From positions 99,760,001 to 99,824,000 of the forward strand of contig NW_024704742.1 in assembly GCF_018977255.1 (NCBI RefSeq): DNA of 64,000 nucleotides, read 5' to 3'. Under the pieces are notes generated by a model, which saw nothing but the letters and a program-made list of their open reading frames with translations, did not search any database and was not told where the DNA came from. Positions 40,831 to 55,180 of the stretch are shown piece after piece; positions within the stretch are counted from its first letter, which is position 1; each line of letters begins with the position of its first letter. The DNA comes from Callorhinchus milii. Lineage: Eukaryota. The translations under genes were made by a program, and so were the position numbers.

Positions 40831-41974
40831 CCTCCTAACTTGTCTTTTCACGCTCCTAATTCTTTCACAAGAAACCAATCAACTTCCCATGGCATAATAA
40901 TGTATTGTGACAAGGTGTCCTCTAGTTTTAAAAGTAAAATTTGATTTTTAAGGGCTGTGTGTCACCTTAACTGTTATGTTTGGAACATTTACATCAGACA
41001 AGCTTGGGAAAGTCTAGAATGTTTCCAACAGTGACAGCACTATCTTTTTTTTGATAACACCAGGCAGTATAGGTGATGTTGACATTCAGGGATAACAACA
41101 CTGCATTGTGCTATTTGCTAACACAGTTTCCTTGCTTCAAGCAAGAATTCTTAATTGTTCAGTTGGTTGCCAAGACCATAAAAACAAGGATGCTTCACAG
41201 TACTTATATTGTTGGATCAGAATGCATCCCAGAGGCTAAAAAGCTTTAACAAGCACAGCTATGTTAGACTACAGAGTAAGGTAATATCCTCATAGCTGAG
41301 ACAAATGGTCTGAAGACTGGTTTAACGTGTTAGGGTTAATCTGTTTGATCTCTACAAAAAAGTCTGCCCATTGAAGTTGCCAGTTTTAGAAACAGTTCCA
41401 AAGACCAAGGGAGGACTTTTGTCACATTTGTTATGAACAGGAGAAAGAATTTCACCTCAAATGCCCTTTCACATGATGATTGATTCATCCAGCTACTTTG
41501 TGAGGTTTATTACTGAGTGCTCACTTTTCAAACTGATACTTTATGATTAGAACTTTGGATAAGGGTAAAATTTGGATAAAATTTATGTTGAAGGTTACTG
41601 TCTTTCTCCTTGGTTCCTGGTTTGGTTCTCTTTAGTTATTGCAGAAGACTTCATAAAATAATAAAAATAATAATAATCCTTGCATTTGATATATCCCATA
41701 TCGCATCAAAGAGATGTCTCAAAGCACTTCACATGATTTACTGTAAAAGTGGTGTGACTCTGTATTTTTGTTGGCAAATGTTGGAGTGAAAATGCAAGAT
41801 TTCATAACAGATTTGATAATTATCACAACGAGTCAAAGAAAATCACATTTTTCATTCTATTGTTTCTCAGTTGTACTACCCCAACAACTGGTGGCTTTAG
41901 GTACAATTCCACAGGAACTGCAGCTCTCCCATAGCTGGTCAAACTGGCCATTCTTCATGTTCGAGCCCATCCAA

Positions 41975-42141
41975 TTCAATTCACTTTACAGCATATTCTG
42001 TGAAGTGCTTTGAGACGTCTAGAAGACGTGAAAAGCGCTATATCAAATGCAAGAATTATTATTATTACTATTCTGTGAAGCACTTTGAAACATCTCAACC
42101 TTATCAGGCGCTCTATCAAATGCAAGAATTATTATTATTAT
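41975..42141 (+). mobile_element. Two tandem SINE tails
   Basis: ttctgtgaag...tatcaaatgcaagaattattattatt occurs twice in succession. Confidence 0.8.
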
Positions 42142-44582
42142 CTAGTGAATGCTCACCCTTCAGTACATTATCAAATGCAGGCAGCATACATCTGTAGAAC
42201 CCTGTCTGGTTTGGATACCCTTAAGTATGGTAGGTTTCCACAAGTGGCAGACCCTTGAGTGAGGAAACAAAAAGTACCTTACCAAATAGCCATTGTCTGT
42301 GTTTGACCATAGGGCGATTCATATTCAAGTGCAAACCTGAACTTACAAGCATGCTTTCCATCAGCGTTACTGCATAGCATTTGTGGAACATGAGCCCTTC
42401 TGATTTTTATCATCTCAGACCAGGGGCGCTGAGATTAATTGTAGCACTCCTATCACTGTCCCTCAGCATAGAAAGAAATTGGGTCTAGGTGAAAGGTAAC
42501 ATTAGTGAGGTGAAAATTATGTTTCTTCTAAGACTGTAGGCCAGGAAATTTCATCTAGTTAATCTGTAAAACCATTTTGGATGGAAATTTAACATTGCAC
42601 AGAATTATGGAAAATTATTGAATGTAGTCTTAAATTGGAAGTCGGGTTTGCTCAGTTCTTATAAGGAACCGGTTTCCAAATTTAGATTGAATTGAATGAT
42701 TTTCCACATTCCTGCATGATGTTACATTTTAAGATGAAAAGATCTCATAGGCTAAGACTATTTGGAGTTTCAGGCTATTTGTGTGATTCGTTTATTCTAA
42801 GGATGGGGGTAGGGTTAATATTTTTCCAGCATTTATTGCTTATGCCTAGATATGTAAGAAACATTCCAATTTTTACCTCAATATTTCAAAACCTGCTGTT
42901 GAACTCACCATGTGTTTCACTCCCTACTGTGAATGTAAGGCACACATAATCAGACATATTTGTATTTTTTGCCATAATCCCAATATTCAGTGATTCCCTA
43001 TGCTTAATGGGAATATTGATGAAGGCCCAGATGCCGGCAGGAAAAAACAGCAAACCCCATTAATCTATTGAGTTTTTCTTTGCTAACCTCGGTTAACATT
43101 GTTGAACTTCCTTCGGTGTACAGCATGAGTTACTAGTTAGAACTGACACCAAGAAGGCTGCTCTCAATTTCTCTCCCCTCTTTAGGCTGACAGATAGAAC
43201 AAGGGAAACCAGAAGAAAGAAGAAGCAGCAAGGTTGTAAGACAAAAGAAACAGCAAAACAAACGATAAGAAAAGGAACGGCAGCAACATAAAAAGAGAGT
43301 AAACCAAAGCAGTGAGATTGAAGTCAGGAAGTAATGGCAGTTCGAAAGAGTAGAGAAATGAAGTAAGGTTACAGCGATGAAATAGGCGGCAAGAATAAAA
43401 ACACACCACACAAAGAGACAGAAAGTGAAAATCAAAGCTAAGAGAGGAGTAAAGAGAGAAGCAAAGAAACCGAGGAATGTGCTCACTATTCAAGGAAGAC
43501 TGGAACATTTCAAAAAAAGAACTACAACAGCAGCTTGCACATATACAGCACCTTTCACAGAGTTAAATGTCTCAAAATGTCTCACAGGTAAGACAAGTTC
43601 CTGGAAATTAAAAGGAATTCAAGGCTATTAAATGATGAGATAGATTTGTTGAAGTTTATTTGAGGTTAGATCGGTGTCCCAGAACATAGATGGACTGAAC
43701 ATCTATTCCTGTCTTAAAACTGTTATTTTGTTGTTGTGTTACCCTGCATCATGTATTCCCACAACCAGACTTTCCTATTCAAAGAAACATCTGAATTTGT
43801 CAGGTTGCTCCAGAAGTGGTTTACAAACCTATACTTTTGGCTGTATCTATATAAACTTCAGTTTGTGCTGAATTAATTGATCTCAGCGAAGGTAGTAATT
43901 AATAATAATAATAATATTAATAATCCTTGCATTTGATATAATGTGTATCACGTCTTCGAGATGTCTCAAAGTGCTTCACAGAATATACTGTAAAGTGAAT
44001 TGACTAATTGGACTTGAACTTGAGTTAAAGAAGGGAATATTGCTCTCCGGATCACTGTCCGGTGACTTGAAGGGACACATGTGTGGATGTAGTGGATGAC
44101 AGGATCAAGCTGTAGAACCCTTCAAGGTTGAATTGTCTGTTGACATTCACTAACAAGGATTTATATGAAAATGTGTGTTTATAATGTAAAATTATTTTTT
44201 AATGTGCATAGTTTGGGACTGTGTGAAAGATGGATTGCAGAAATAATCCAATCTGCGGTATGTTGCAGATGCTTTCATTTCAATCCACAGTACTGATAAA
44301 CCCAGGAATTCTCATTTGAATACATAGCATTGGTGACATTTAATTTGTGTGTGTTGTGTTAAAATAGTTGCTAGCAGGTGTTCTAGATTTTGTGCTGGAA
44401 TAATGACTTACTATAATGCTTTTGGGGAAAGGGATATTACCCACATCACAAGATCACAAGATTGGTTTGGATGAGCAAGGCCCTTCAGCCCATCGGATCT
44501 CACCCTTCTAGAATACTCACCTTACCATTCTTCCATCACAGCATCAAGCTTTGTTTGAGTCCATTCCTTGGGGCATTAAAAT

Positions 44583-44760
44583 TAATAATAATAGTCCTTG
44601 CATTTTAATATAGCACCTTATCATGTCTTTGAGACATCTCAAAGTACTTCACAGAATATACTGTAAAATGAATTGACTGTATATTTTGTGGGCGAAACGC
44701 AGCAGCCAATTGCGCACAGCAGTGTCCCACAAACAGTCGTGAATTTAATGACCAAATTAA
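44583..44760 (-). mobile_element. SINE 3' half
   Basis: Tail homology. Confidence 0.8.
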
Positions 44761-45582
44761 ATAAATAAATAGATAAATAACAAAGTCTCTTTCTGAACAA
44801 TATTTCTGTCTGTGAAACGAGGATAACCACAAATACACTAAAAAGTGCCGCTTGCATAACACTTGATTTGATCAAGGTTTTGGGCGGCAACCTCTGTATG
44901 TTGCACTTCAATCATCTTCCCACAATTCAGTAACGTAATGAACAATTGTTCTATCAAAAAAAAAGCCTCCAAAATCTATCACATCAAGAAGCGTGGGAAA
45001 GAGCTGAGCAACATTTGTTCCATAACTAGAATTCAGTGTAGTTGCCTAACTGGAAATGTAAAGGTGGTAATTTGAGCCGTTATTCACAAAGTGCCTCAGG
45101 AGCGATACAATGCAAAATTAAGGTCAGAGCTTCCCATCGCAAGATCATAAGATTGGTTTGGATGAAGAAGGCCTGTCGGCCCATCTGATTTCCTCCTTCC
45201 AGAATATCTACCCTACTGTCTTCTCACCACTGTGTCAAGCTCTTTTAAAATAAGTCCCCATGTCCTAGCCTCAGCCTGTTCCAGTTGTCAATTACCTCTA
45301 GATAAAGGAAAACTTCCTGGTGTCTGAAATTACCCCTTACAACTCTAAACCTATGTTTTCTTCTTCAACTGTCATGGTGCATCTTTCACCACAGTGACAC
45401 AAAAGACTAACCCCCCCCCCCATCTCCTACGCTGATAAATACTTGTACCCCTCAGCGGCCTGCAAGCTACTCTCCTGCTTATTCAACTAAATTGAACGTG
45501 CTCGAGCTAAAGAAGGAAGTAGATCAAAACACCTTTAAAAAGGAGATAAAAGAAAGGTTATTTGTAGAAATAATCCATTTGC

Positions 45583-45760
45583 AATAATAATAATCCTTAC
45601 ATTTGATACAGCGCCTTATCACATCTTTGAGACATCTCAAAATGCTTCACAGGATGTACTGTAAAGTGTAGTGACTGTGTGTTTTGTAGGCGAAACGCGG
45701 TAGCCAATTGAGCACAGCAGGTTCCCACAAACAATTGTAGATTGAGTGACCAAATTATTA
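45583..45760 (-). mobile_element. SINE 3' half
   Basis: Tail homology. Confidence 0.8.
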
Positions 45761-46209
45761 TTATTTTATATATATTTTTTAAAATGGCCGACTTTCTGAA
45801 CACCATTGACATCAGGAGCGGGGGTAGGGGTGGAGGAGGGGTGTTGAGATGGCGATACTGACTGATTTGCAGAGGTATGTACTGAGGGCAGAGCCTGCTG
45901 TATATTTCCCCCACTCCCTTTCTAATTTTCTCTCCTCCACTTCTGAAGGCACTGATTCATGCTGGGGTGTGGTTCCACAAACAAACCTAGTCTTGAAGGG
46001 CCAAATAGCTTTGTTCTGTGCGGTAACATTCTGCAGTTCTTTGCCCAAGTAACCAGAGCAAGTCGACCAGCTATTGAGGGTTTTATTAATCCTTTTTCCT
46101 TTCTGCCAAGAGATGGCTCAGAGGCATTTATCACCTTCTGGTGCCTTGCAGCCACCATGATTCATGTGTGGGCCGTCACAATGAGTTTCGACAAGCTATT
46201 GTGCATATA

Positions 46210-47775
46210 ACAACAATAACAACTTGGATTTATATAGCACCCTCCCGTTGGACGGCGTCTCAGAGCGCTTCACAGTAATGGATCCCGGGACCTAGCCAGG
46301 GGGAGGGGGAGGAAGGTGATCAAAGGCGCGGGCGAAGAGAAAGGTCTTCAGCGGAGACCTGAAAATAGGAAGAGAGGGCGTGAGGCGAAGGAAGTGAGGA
46401 AGGGAGTTCCAGAGCCTCGGGACATAGTGGCTGAAGGCACGGCCGCGAGGGTGGAGCAGAGGACTCAGGGGATGAGAAGGAGGCCAGACCCGGAGGAACA
46501 AAGGCAAACAGGTACTGTTTTGAGGAGAGAGGAGGTCAGAGAGGTAGAGGGGTGCAGAGGAGTGCAGGGATTTGAATAGGTGGAGCAGGTGAGAGCCGTG
46601 AGATTTTAGATGTTGATGAGGGTCAAAGAGTATGGCTTCCGTCGTGTCAACGTTCAGCTGAAGGAAATTTGCGCTCATCCAGCCCCTGAGATCTGACAGG
46701 CAGGCTGACAGAACATCAGGGGACTGTGGGTCGCAAAGAGATGTGGAAAAAATAGAGTTGGGTGTCGTCCGCATACATGTGGAAGTGTACCCCATGTCTG
46801 CGGATGATATCCCCAAGAGGGAGCATGTAGATCAGAAAGAGGAGGGGACCAAGGATGGATGCGGGGGGCTACCCCGCAGATAACCGGGTGAGAGCGGGAG
46901 GAGAAACCGTTTGTGTAGATGTCCAGCTGGCGGTTTGTGAGGTAGGAATCAAACCAGGCGAGTGCGATCCCACTGAGGTGGATGACGGAGGAAAGGTTGG
47001 TGGAGGAGGATGGCGTGATCGACTGTGTCGAATGCCACGGAGAGGTCCAGGAGGACAAGGAAGCAGAGCAAGCCCTGGTCACAGATAGAGAGGATGTCGT
47101 TTGTGACTTTCACAAGCGCAGTCTCTGTACTGTGGGTGGAAGCCGGATTGGAGGAATTCGAATAGGGAATGGAGGAGAGGTTTGTGCGAAGTTGATTGGC
47201 AACAACGTGTTCTAGGACTTTTGTGAGGAAGGGCAGGTTAGAAATGGGGCGGTAGTGGCCGGGGTTTGAGGAATCTAGGGAAGGTTTTTTGAGGAGGGTG
47301 GTGATGACAGCAGTTTTGAGGGGGACAGAGACTGATCTGGAGGAGAGGAACTGGTTGATGACATCAGCCATTAGTGGGCAGAGGAGGGGTAGCTGGGTGA
47401 CCAGCAAATTGGTGGGAAGGGGGTCGAGGCAGCAGGTGGTGGGTTTCATGGAGGTGATGGTGAGTGAGAGGCAAGAGGGTGAGATGGAGAGGAAGGAATG
47501 TGGGATGGGGGTGGTGGTAGGAGCAGATGATGGGGAGGGTGAGGGGGACAGAGAGGGCGTGGTGTTGGGTGACAAGAGGCAGGTGGATGAGTGAATTTGA
47601 GATGAAAAGAAGTCCATGACCTCCTCGCACTTGGCATTTGATGTGAAGATTGAGGAGGCCTGAAGGAGGGCAGGGAGGAGGTAGTGGGTGGTGTAAAAAA
47701 GGATTTTAGGGTTGTGTTTAGCCTCCAAGATGATGTTGGAGTAGAAGGCCGTTTTTGCGCTTGTCAAAGACGGCG
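46210..47775 (-). mobile_element. L2 LINE, distinct subfamily, 5'-truncated ORF2 pseudogene
   Basis: [58 protein letters not shown]; frameshifts; (AAC)n tail. Confidence 0.95.
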
Positions 47776-48473
47776 GGAGCATATATGGTGGTGGACAGTT
47801 AATATCACAGCTGGGATCGATCCTATCTATCCTCACTCAATACTCGCACATTTGGGTGGTACCTTTGCTGACAAAAAACACTGGAGTATCTCAAGCTACA
47901 CGTGTATGACTTTTTTCTATTTAGAAATATAATAACCTCATTCCAGGTTTTAGTTTCTGTAAGTTCAAAACAAAATTCACATTAGAAACTAATGGCCAAC
48001 ATGTAAAATGGTCAGTGCATTAGACATGCATTAGACATGCAGGCAAAAACCTGCTGATTTTTATAGTGCTAAATATGGCCGATTTGGGGGCCATTGGGTG
48101 ACCACAAGCCTCACTGTGCAAATGCAAAACAGGAAAGAATGTTTGTGGCAATCTGATGATCCAGATTCCTTTTTACTGAAATGGACAATTATAGATGAAA
48201 TAGAGCCATAGAAATTTATGCCCATTGTGTCTGTCCCTGCTCCTTTCAGAGACATTTGCCTGCCCTTTCCCCATGCCTCTGTAAGCAATTCCTCTCATTC
48301 CCTTTTGAAAGCTAATATGAAATCTGTCTCAACCACCAGCAGATGTTATACTGAAGTCCCATCTACCTGTTCAGGTGAATGTTAATGAGCCAGGCTGACT
48401 GGTCTGACATCAAAAGTACCCTGGAGTATTGAGGACACCCAAAGCGCAGGAACCTGACTATTGAGACCACCAC

Positions 48474-48555
48474 CACAACAACAACAACAACAAGATTCCA
48501 TTTATAAAACGCCTTTCACGTCAGGAGGACGTCCCAAGGCGCTGCACAGTTGGGT
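48474..48555 (-). mobile_element. Very short L2 3' tail nested in the unclassified repeat
   Basis: (AAC)n-gattccattt...tttcacgtcaggaggacgtcccaaggcgctg; flanks are collinear with 24480-24520. Confidence 0.8.
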
Positions 48556-48779
48556 CATGATTGACTCAATTCTGACATTCTGTTGCCAAGCAAGTTACCT
48601 TGGAACCAGCTCAGCTCCAAGGAGACCCTGCTTACCTCACTTCCAAGGAGAATAGCCACTAGTTGATCATTTGATATCTGACAAGCATAGGTTTGATCCC
48701 TCACTGGGTGGATAGCAGGTACCAAAAACTCCATGTGAGCTTCTTGGTGAATAACACAGCTCAGCATGAAATGTATGAG

Positions 48780-49075
48780 AGCATTGCCACCAATGATCAC
48801 ATCTTGGACACACATTCCTCCCCACTGAGCAATGGTTCCACCAGTGTGGAGCTGGATCAGCAGCTGCTTACCTCTCTGCAAACTGATCAAGATGGTTACC
48901 AAGCCCTGGATGTATGAGCATATGTTCATGAACCGAAACTCCAGGTAATGCCTTCCAACAGCTGCCACCCTAAGCCTCAGAAATTTCTCATCAGCTATTC
49001 AACAGACAGCTGTCTTCAGTGTGGAGGAAGGAGATTTTCACCCACAATGTCTGGAAAGGCACTTTCCCATTGTTG
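48780..49075 (+). mobile_element. Possible Penelope-like remnant
   Basis: Weak motifs NSCHPKPQKFLISYS and EEGDFHPQCLE resemble the PLE post-RT region. Confidence 0.3.
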
Positions 49076-50212
49076 TAAATAGAAAAATAGATAATAACAA
49101 TATCTGGTTGACATATGGTAAGTTAGGTTTACTTGCATTGGCCAGTGCACCAAAAATCAATCAATTAATAATTAAACAGCAGTTTCATATGATAATGTTT
49201 TATCTTGTGTTTTGGTAAAGTCATTTTAATATCTTATTTCAAGATCTGTTTATTGTGCGCTGATAAAATTTAAATGCAAATTATGAGGCCATTTTATGAG
49301 CATTGTATCCTGCCCTGAAGCATCTTTATATTCTAATAATAAATTAGAGAAAAACGCAAGGGCATTCCTTGCCTTACCCTGCCCCACCATTAGGCTTTCA
49401 GCCTTTCTGCCCCCACTCTCCCGAACTCCAGCCCGGAGTCTCTCCAACTTGGTCCCTCCCTCACCTCTTCCGTTGTCCATCTTAAAACCTACCACTTTGA
49501 CCACATTTTCGATCATCTTTCCCCTCCTCACCCCCCTTGGCTCCGACACCTAGCTTTGATGCCAAGCCAGAACTGCTAAGCATCTTGGAACGCCCTCTCA
49601 ACATGAAAGGCACCATATAAGTGCAAATTTGCATTGTTTTATATTGTAAACTCTGAGTGCTGATCAGTTTTGAACAGTGTGTGAGTTTTCAGCTCACTCA
49701 CCGTATCCCGGAAAGAATCTTACAGTATGTAACCTAATTAAAAAGTATGCTAGCTTTAGTAATGTAATATTAATTCTAAGTTACTAAGAAGTGAATGACC
49801 AGTTTTGTCTGAAGTATTGTTGGCCAAGAAGACACTGGGAAAAATCCCTTCTCTTTTCAAATAGTGCCATGGGATCTTTATTGGCTACCTGAACAGACAG
49901 ACTGGACTTCAGTCTAATAATAATAATAAGAATCCTTGCACTTGATATAGTGCTTTATCAAGTCTTTGAGATGCCTCAAAGCGCTTCACAGAATATACTG
50001 TAAAGTGAATTGACTGTTTTGTGGGCGAAATGCACCAGCCAAAGGATAATGCAATGCTGGAGTGTCGACCTAAACTCTGAGCTCAAAGGAATACAAAGGA
50101 AGGCACATTTAAGCAGTTCATTGCTGCCTTTTAAAGAGAAAAGCATTAAAAATACAGTTTTTAACCCTTTTACACTTAATTAAGGTTTGATTTCATCCAC
50201 CGACTCCTTATT

Positions 50213-50529
50213 GTGGAATCCTGTAGCTCAGTGGTTAGGGCACTCGCTTTGCAAGTGAGAGACCTCAGTTCAATTCCAGGCAGGGCGAAACCTTGGGCAA
50301 GTTTCCTTACTCCACATGCCTAATAATAATTCCACCAAAACCAAAAACAATAATAAATTGGTCATTTTCAATCTACAACTGTTTGTGGGACATTGCTGTG
50401 CGCAATTGGCTGCCGCGTTCGCCCACAAATATACAGTCAATTCACTTTACAGTGTGTTCTGTGCAGCGCTTTGGGACGTCCTCCCGACATGAAAAGCGCT
50501 ATATCAAATGCAAGGATTATTATTATTAT
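50213..50529 (+). mobile_element. Young tRNA(Ala-like) SINE, full length
   Basis: gtagctcagtggttag A-box, ctcgctttgcaagtgag arm with TGC anticodon, gttcaattcc B-box, L2-like tail, (ATT)n. Confidence 0.92.
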
Positions 50530-52090
50530 ATTCAGTATCATAACTGTGATGAATACCTGAAATAACACACGTTAAGTAATGGAATGTCACATACAGAAAT
50601 GCCAGTCCTCCGAGATATTAATGATTAGTTTACTTGACTGTAAGTATTCCGAGGTGTTTGCATAATTTTACATCCTAATTCTTGAATTTTATCAGTGGGT
50701 AAAATAAACTAAAGAAAGGTTATAGCCTGGATCACTGAGATCATTACTGCTTTCCTAAAATATATATGTGGGTCAGGAATTAGTTTTTCACAGTGATGTA
50801 GCTCTTAAATTATGCAATGCATACTATACTAAAATAGGACTTTTGGCCACTGACAACACATTGACAATGCTTATTCTCTCTCTGCCTCTATCTCCTTCCC
50901 TCTGGTTTAAAATTTACTTTCGGCCTGCCACACACAGCCCCTTGACGCCCATAGAAAGCGGTATGTGTGCAAGTTCTTGAAATATGATGGAAAGAAAAGG
51001 CTTCAAAGATGATCCTTTTCTGTGATCTAATGGGAAGTGTTTCCCTTTGCTTTCGGCAGGAGGTTTTCAATCTGTCCATTGTATTTAGTGGCCGAGTAGT
51101 GTTACAGGCTTATATCAATGTAGGGCCACAGCTGTGGACTTTTTAGAAAACACTTCGCTCTCCACTGGCAATGACTGTGAATTTAATGAGAGCACCTGCT
51201 GCCCTTGCGCCCAGATAATTCATACCATGCCACATGTACTAAAAGAATTTTCAGAGCAGCCCTGTCCTTCAGTAATAAATTACCAGTCCATTATACAGCC
51301 TAAAGGGTCTGTGATTCATGTAACATTACACTTCAGCTAAACAGTATTGACAGTGCCCATACAGGTATTTAAGTAGTCTGGGCTGTTAGAAGAGAAGCAG
51401 ATTATTAAATAAATCGTGGATAGCAGTTGTCAAGCTTGATGTTGACAGCAGTTGGGTCTTTGTCCTTGACCCAGCCATCAAAGGCACACAGCTCTCCGAG
51501 TTTAGGTCCTGCAGCAGATGAACATCTCACGCTGTAAACAAGCAGAATACAGAAGCAACGGCTCCACACAGACAACAGTCCAGTGGCCAAATTGCTGCAA
51601 CAGTGCTAGTCCAGCTAGATACTTGATACTAATAACTGGCCACTTCTGATCCGCAGGCAAACATGAAATAATTAGAATATTGACATCACTCATTCTTTCA
51701 ACTTGCATTTTATTGAGTTTCTATTGCTGGAAACTGTAGGTCATTTGTAACACATTATGCAAATGTAAAAACTAATCTGTTGCATAATACATTAGTGTTC
51801 CATTTCCTTGTGTTAAGTAATTTATCTAGCAGTAGATGGCACATAAGGAACTCTCAAAGCTGATGTTGATTAAGCCTTCATTAAACCACACTGAAGCAGG
51901 GATCCGGGGATACTTTTCAGGACAAAATTAACTTTAGAATAATTTTGCTTTCATTAAATTTTTTTTTAAAAATGTGCTCAGGCTCTGCTGATGATAGTGC
52001 TGTTTATTTTAAGTAATGCCCTTGCTAGTTTCAGGTCGATATAAGATGTATATAGACATAGAGAGATTCAAGCAACCAATAAACCTACTT

Positions 52091-52420
52091 ATAATAATAA
52101 TATAATAATAATCCTTGCATTTGATATAGCGCTTTTCACGTCGGGAGGACGTCCCAAAGCGCTTCACAGAACACACTGTAAAGTGAATTGACTGTATATT
52201 TGTGGGCGAACGCGGCAGCCAATTGCGCACAGCAATGTCCCACAAACAGTCGTAGATAGAAAATGACCAATTTATTATTGTTTTTGGTTTTGGAGGGATT
52301 ATTATTAGGCTCTGTGTGGAGTAAGGAAACTTGCCCAAGGTTTCGCCCTCTGCCTGGAATTGAACTCAGGTCTCTCGCTTGTAAAGCGAGTGCTCTAACT
52401 ACTGAGCTACAGGACTCCAC
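52091..52420 (-). mobile_element. Young tRNA SINE, full length
   Basis: Near-identical to the 50213 and 62689 copies. Confidence 0.92.
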
Positions 52421-53719
52421 TTGTGTTTCAACCGATTTAGATGGAAGACTGTAAGCGAATAAATTAATGTAGCATAATGCAAAGACAATAAATTAAATCA
52501 GTTCAAAAGGGAATAACATGGTATTTGTAGATTGTATTATTGTTATACAGTCTTGTCAGTGAACATATAGACTAAAGAGCAATGCAATAGCTGAGGGCTT
52601 TAATCAGCACGAGAATGCCTTTTTAAGTGTAGTACCTTGGACATTAGAGCCAAAGATGGCTTGAAGACGTGATAAGGCACTGTATCAAATGCAAGGATTA
52701 TTATTATTGTAGACATTATAGGAATTGGCTGCCATGATTTGCCCACAAAATATACAGTCAATTCACATTACAGTATATTCTGTGAAGCGCTTGGAGGTGT
52801 CTCTAAGACATGATAAGGCGCTATATCAAATGCAAGGATTATTGTTGTTATTAGCTGATAGTTGTTTTATACCTTTGTTATACCTAGCCTGCTGGAATGA
52901 GGGAGCACATTGAATAATGGGCCTTCGTTCATGCTGCCCCAACTGTATACTGCTCAAACATAAATGAGCATTCTGGCTCTCTTCAAGTCTTTTGGCTACT
53001 CCTGTTATGGTTATCTTAGACCCCAGCATCTGTGGATGTTAAGATTTGAGCTTCCATGATTAGTTATGTACAAACAGCAGTTCCAAAGCCTGCCAAGGTT
53101 GTGGCATTATGGCTCACAATGGATTAGGAATGTTGTGTGAGCCCTGTGTCTTACACTCAAGCCAAGGAAATATTGTTACAGTATTGTATGGTTCTTGAAG
53201 AACGATATGTTCCATATGGCCACCCCTTTTATACCGATGTTCCTGTCGCAATTTATAAATTAACATAGCCTGTTGTCTAGACTGTAGCATTTCATAAACA
53301 TGCATACATTATTTTCTCATAATCCTAAATACTTGCAAGCATTTTGTTCAAAGATCCTCTTTCCACCCACAGTGATGTATCAGTCTTGATGGGGTTTGTT
53401 ATTGAATTTTGGCAATAAGCAGTATATACAAGAGTCACTGTTTAGTACCGATAAATATTTGATGTGGAAAAAGACACAGATTGCATTGCACGATATTATG
53501 AAAGCAATCCTACATGTTGGGTAAACATTTTTCTGTTTGGTTGTAAGCACTGTGGGATAAGACCTCTCTGAATGGGACGACACGTCACAGAATGCTTTAT
53601 TCACAGTGGATAACTTTTGCTGTTGTTTGATTCACCTCCTAATGGCTATCTAATGTACAGTGTGCGGAAAATAATAATAATTTGATATTAGTACCTTTCA
53701 TCAAACTTGGCAGCTACAT

Positions 53720-54026
53720 ATACACAACAATGTCCCACAAACAGCCAAGAAGTGAATGATTAATTTTATCTGGAAGACTGTTGAACAATAGGAGAAACTC
53801 CCTTCCCCTTTCGAATAGTGCCGTTAGATCTTTAACATCCACATGACCAGGAAGATAGGATCTCGATTTAATGTCTCATCTGAAGATAGACACGTATGAT
53901 CTTGCAACACTGCATTGGAACGTCAGCCTTGACTGCCTAGACAGTAAAAGGTCCCAACTTGGGGTTTGAACCTGCAACCTTCTAACTCAGAGGCAAGAGT
54001 GCTACCAACTGAGCCAGGATGACACC
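53720..54026 (-). mobile_element. Deu-domain SINE
   Basis: Head gtgtcatcctggctcagttggtagcactct; Deu core cttcagatgagacattaaa..gttaaagatct..ggcactattcgaa. Confidence 0.75.
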
Positions 54027-54699
54027 CAGCCATTACTAGGTGAATCCAAATCATTTCTCGCCAGTGAAACTTCGGGTAGTAAAATTTCAGCTATTTTGTA
54101 CCCAGTGGAAATTTTTTTTACAGACCCCAGAAGATGAGATCCCATTTTCATGTGTCCTACAGTATTAACAACACTGCCAGCCATTACATTGTTAAGTAGG
54201 GTGGAATTTGAGAAATAGGCTATTCTTGGCTGTCCATAAAATTCCCCACAACAGCGGCAAATACATTTTCATAATTCGGATTAACGCCTGCTGAATCTTG
54301 ATAAACTATCTGTCAGTTCAGTATTAATATATCAACATTCCTATTCAAGATACAGGATAAGCAGGTCTAGGATGTTGCTGTCTCACAAAACTGGGTGCTC
54401 TGATTAAAATGTATCTCTGTCTCTGAAAGGCCCCTAGGGGTTGAATAGCATTATAGTTACAAAATCTTTCTGCCATCCAAGTTATCTTGCTCAGAGGTGA
54501 ATGCATTATTCTACAGAGTTTATTAATGGCTTCAGCTTCACTGTTGTCTCCCAGATAACTTAGTTTAGCTAAAAAATAATCATTGAAACACTGGTAAGCT
54601 TTATAGTGAATTACTTATAACAGTACACTTTTCGTTCAGCTTTCTAAACTTATTTCCCCTTATCTGTCCTTTTGCTAAGGTACAATCTGAAGCCTATGA

Positions 54700-54910
54700 A
54701 GGGCTGGAAATTTCATCTAGTTCTAGCCTGTAAGACCAATTGGTCTTAAAATTTGATTGCACAGAATTTAGGAAAGTTCTTAAATTCAGTCTTAATACAG
54801 AAGCAAGTTTTTGCAGTTCATAAAAAGAGCTGAATTCTAAAATAAGACAGCAACCTAAGAATTTTCCACAAATTTGCAACATCTTAAATTTGAAGACAAA
54901 ATAGCTCATT
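54700..54910. mobile_element. MITE-like family fragment (related to 42540-42670)
   Basis: ggaaatttcatctagtt...ttgcacagaattt..gaaa..tt...gtcttaa shared with 42540. Confidence 0.45.
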
Positions 54911-55030
54911 CTAACAGAAATCAGATCACAATAATAGTTTGTGATCCGGATAACTGTCAGAACCGGCTCGATGGACTGAATGACATGATACTATTCTTCC
55001 ATGAGGAATTTCACACCCAAGTCTGCTTCA

Positions 55031-55180
55031 ATCATAGAATCATAGAATTATACAGCACAGAAGGAGGTCATTCGGCCCATCGTGTCTGTGCCGGCTTTTT
55101 GAAAAGAGCTATCCAAGTCAATCCAACTCCCCCGCTCTCTCCCCATAGCCCTGCAAACTTGTCCTCCCCAAATAATTATC
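55031..55180 (-). mobile_element. CR1 3' end
   Basis: (atcataga)2 terminal repeat followed by acagcacagaaggaggtcattcggcccatcg. Confidence 0.8.

Noticed and set aside
43133..43508. Hydrophobic membrane-protein ORFs on the minus strand
   Set aside because: Arise from T-rich composition; no domain signal
44450..45240. Two similar segments (44450-44550 and 45140-45240) as a novel duplication
   Set aside because: Both look like minus-strand CR1-type 3' ends, so independent insertions explain them
50213..50290. tRNA-Ala gene
   Set aside because: No proper acceptor stem; continues into the SINE body and is repeated in several copies
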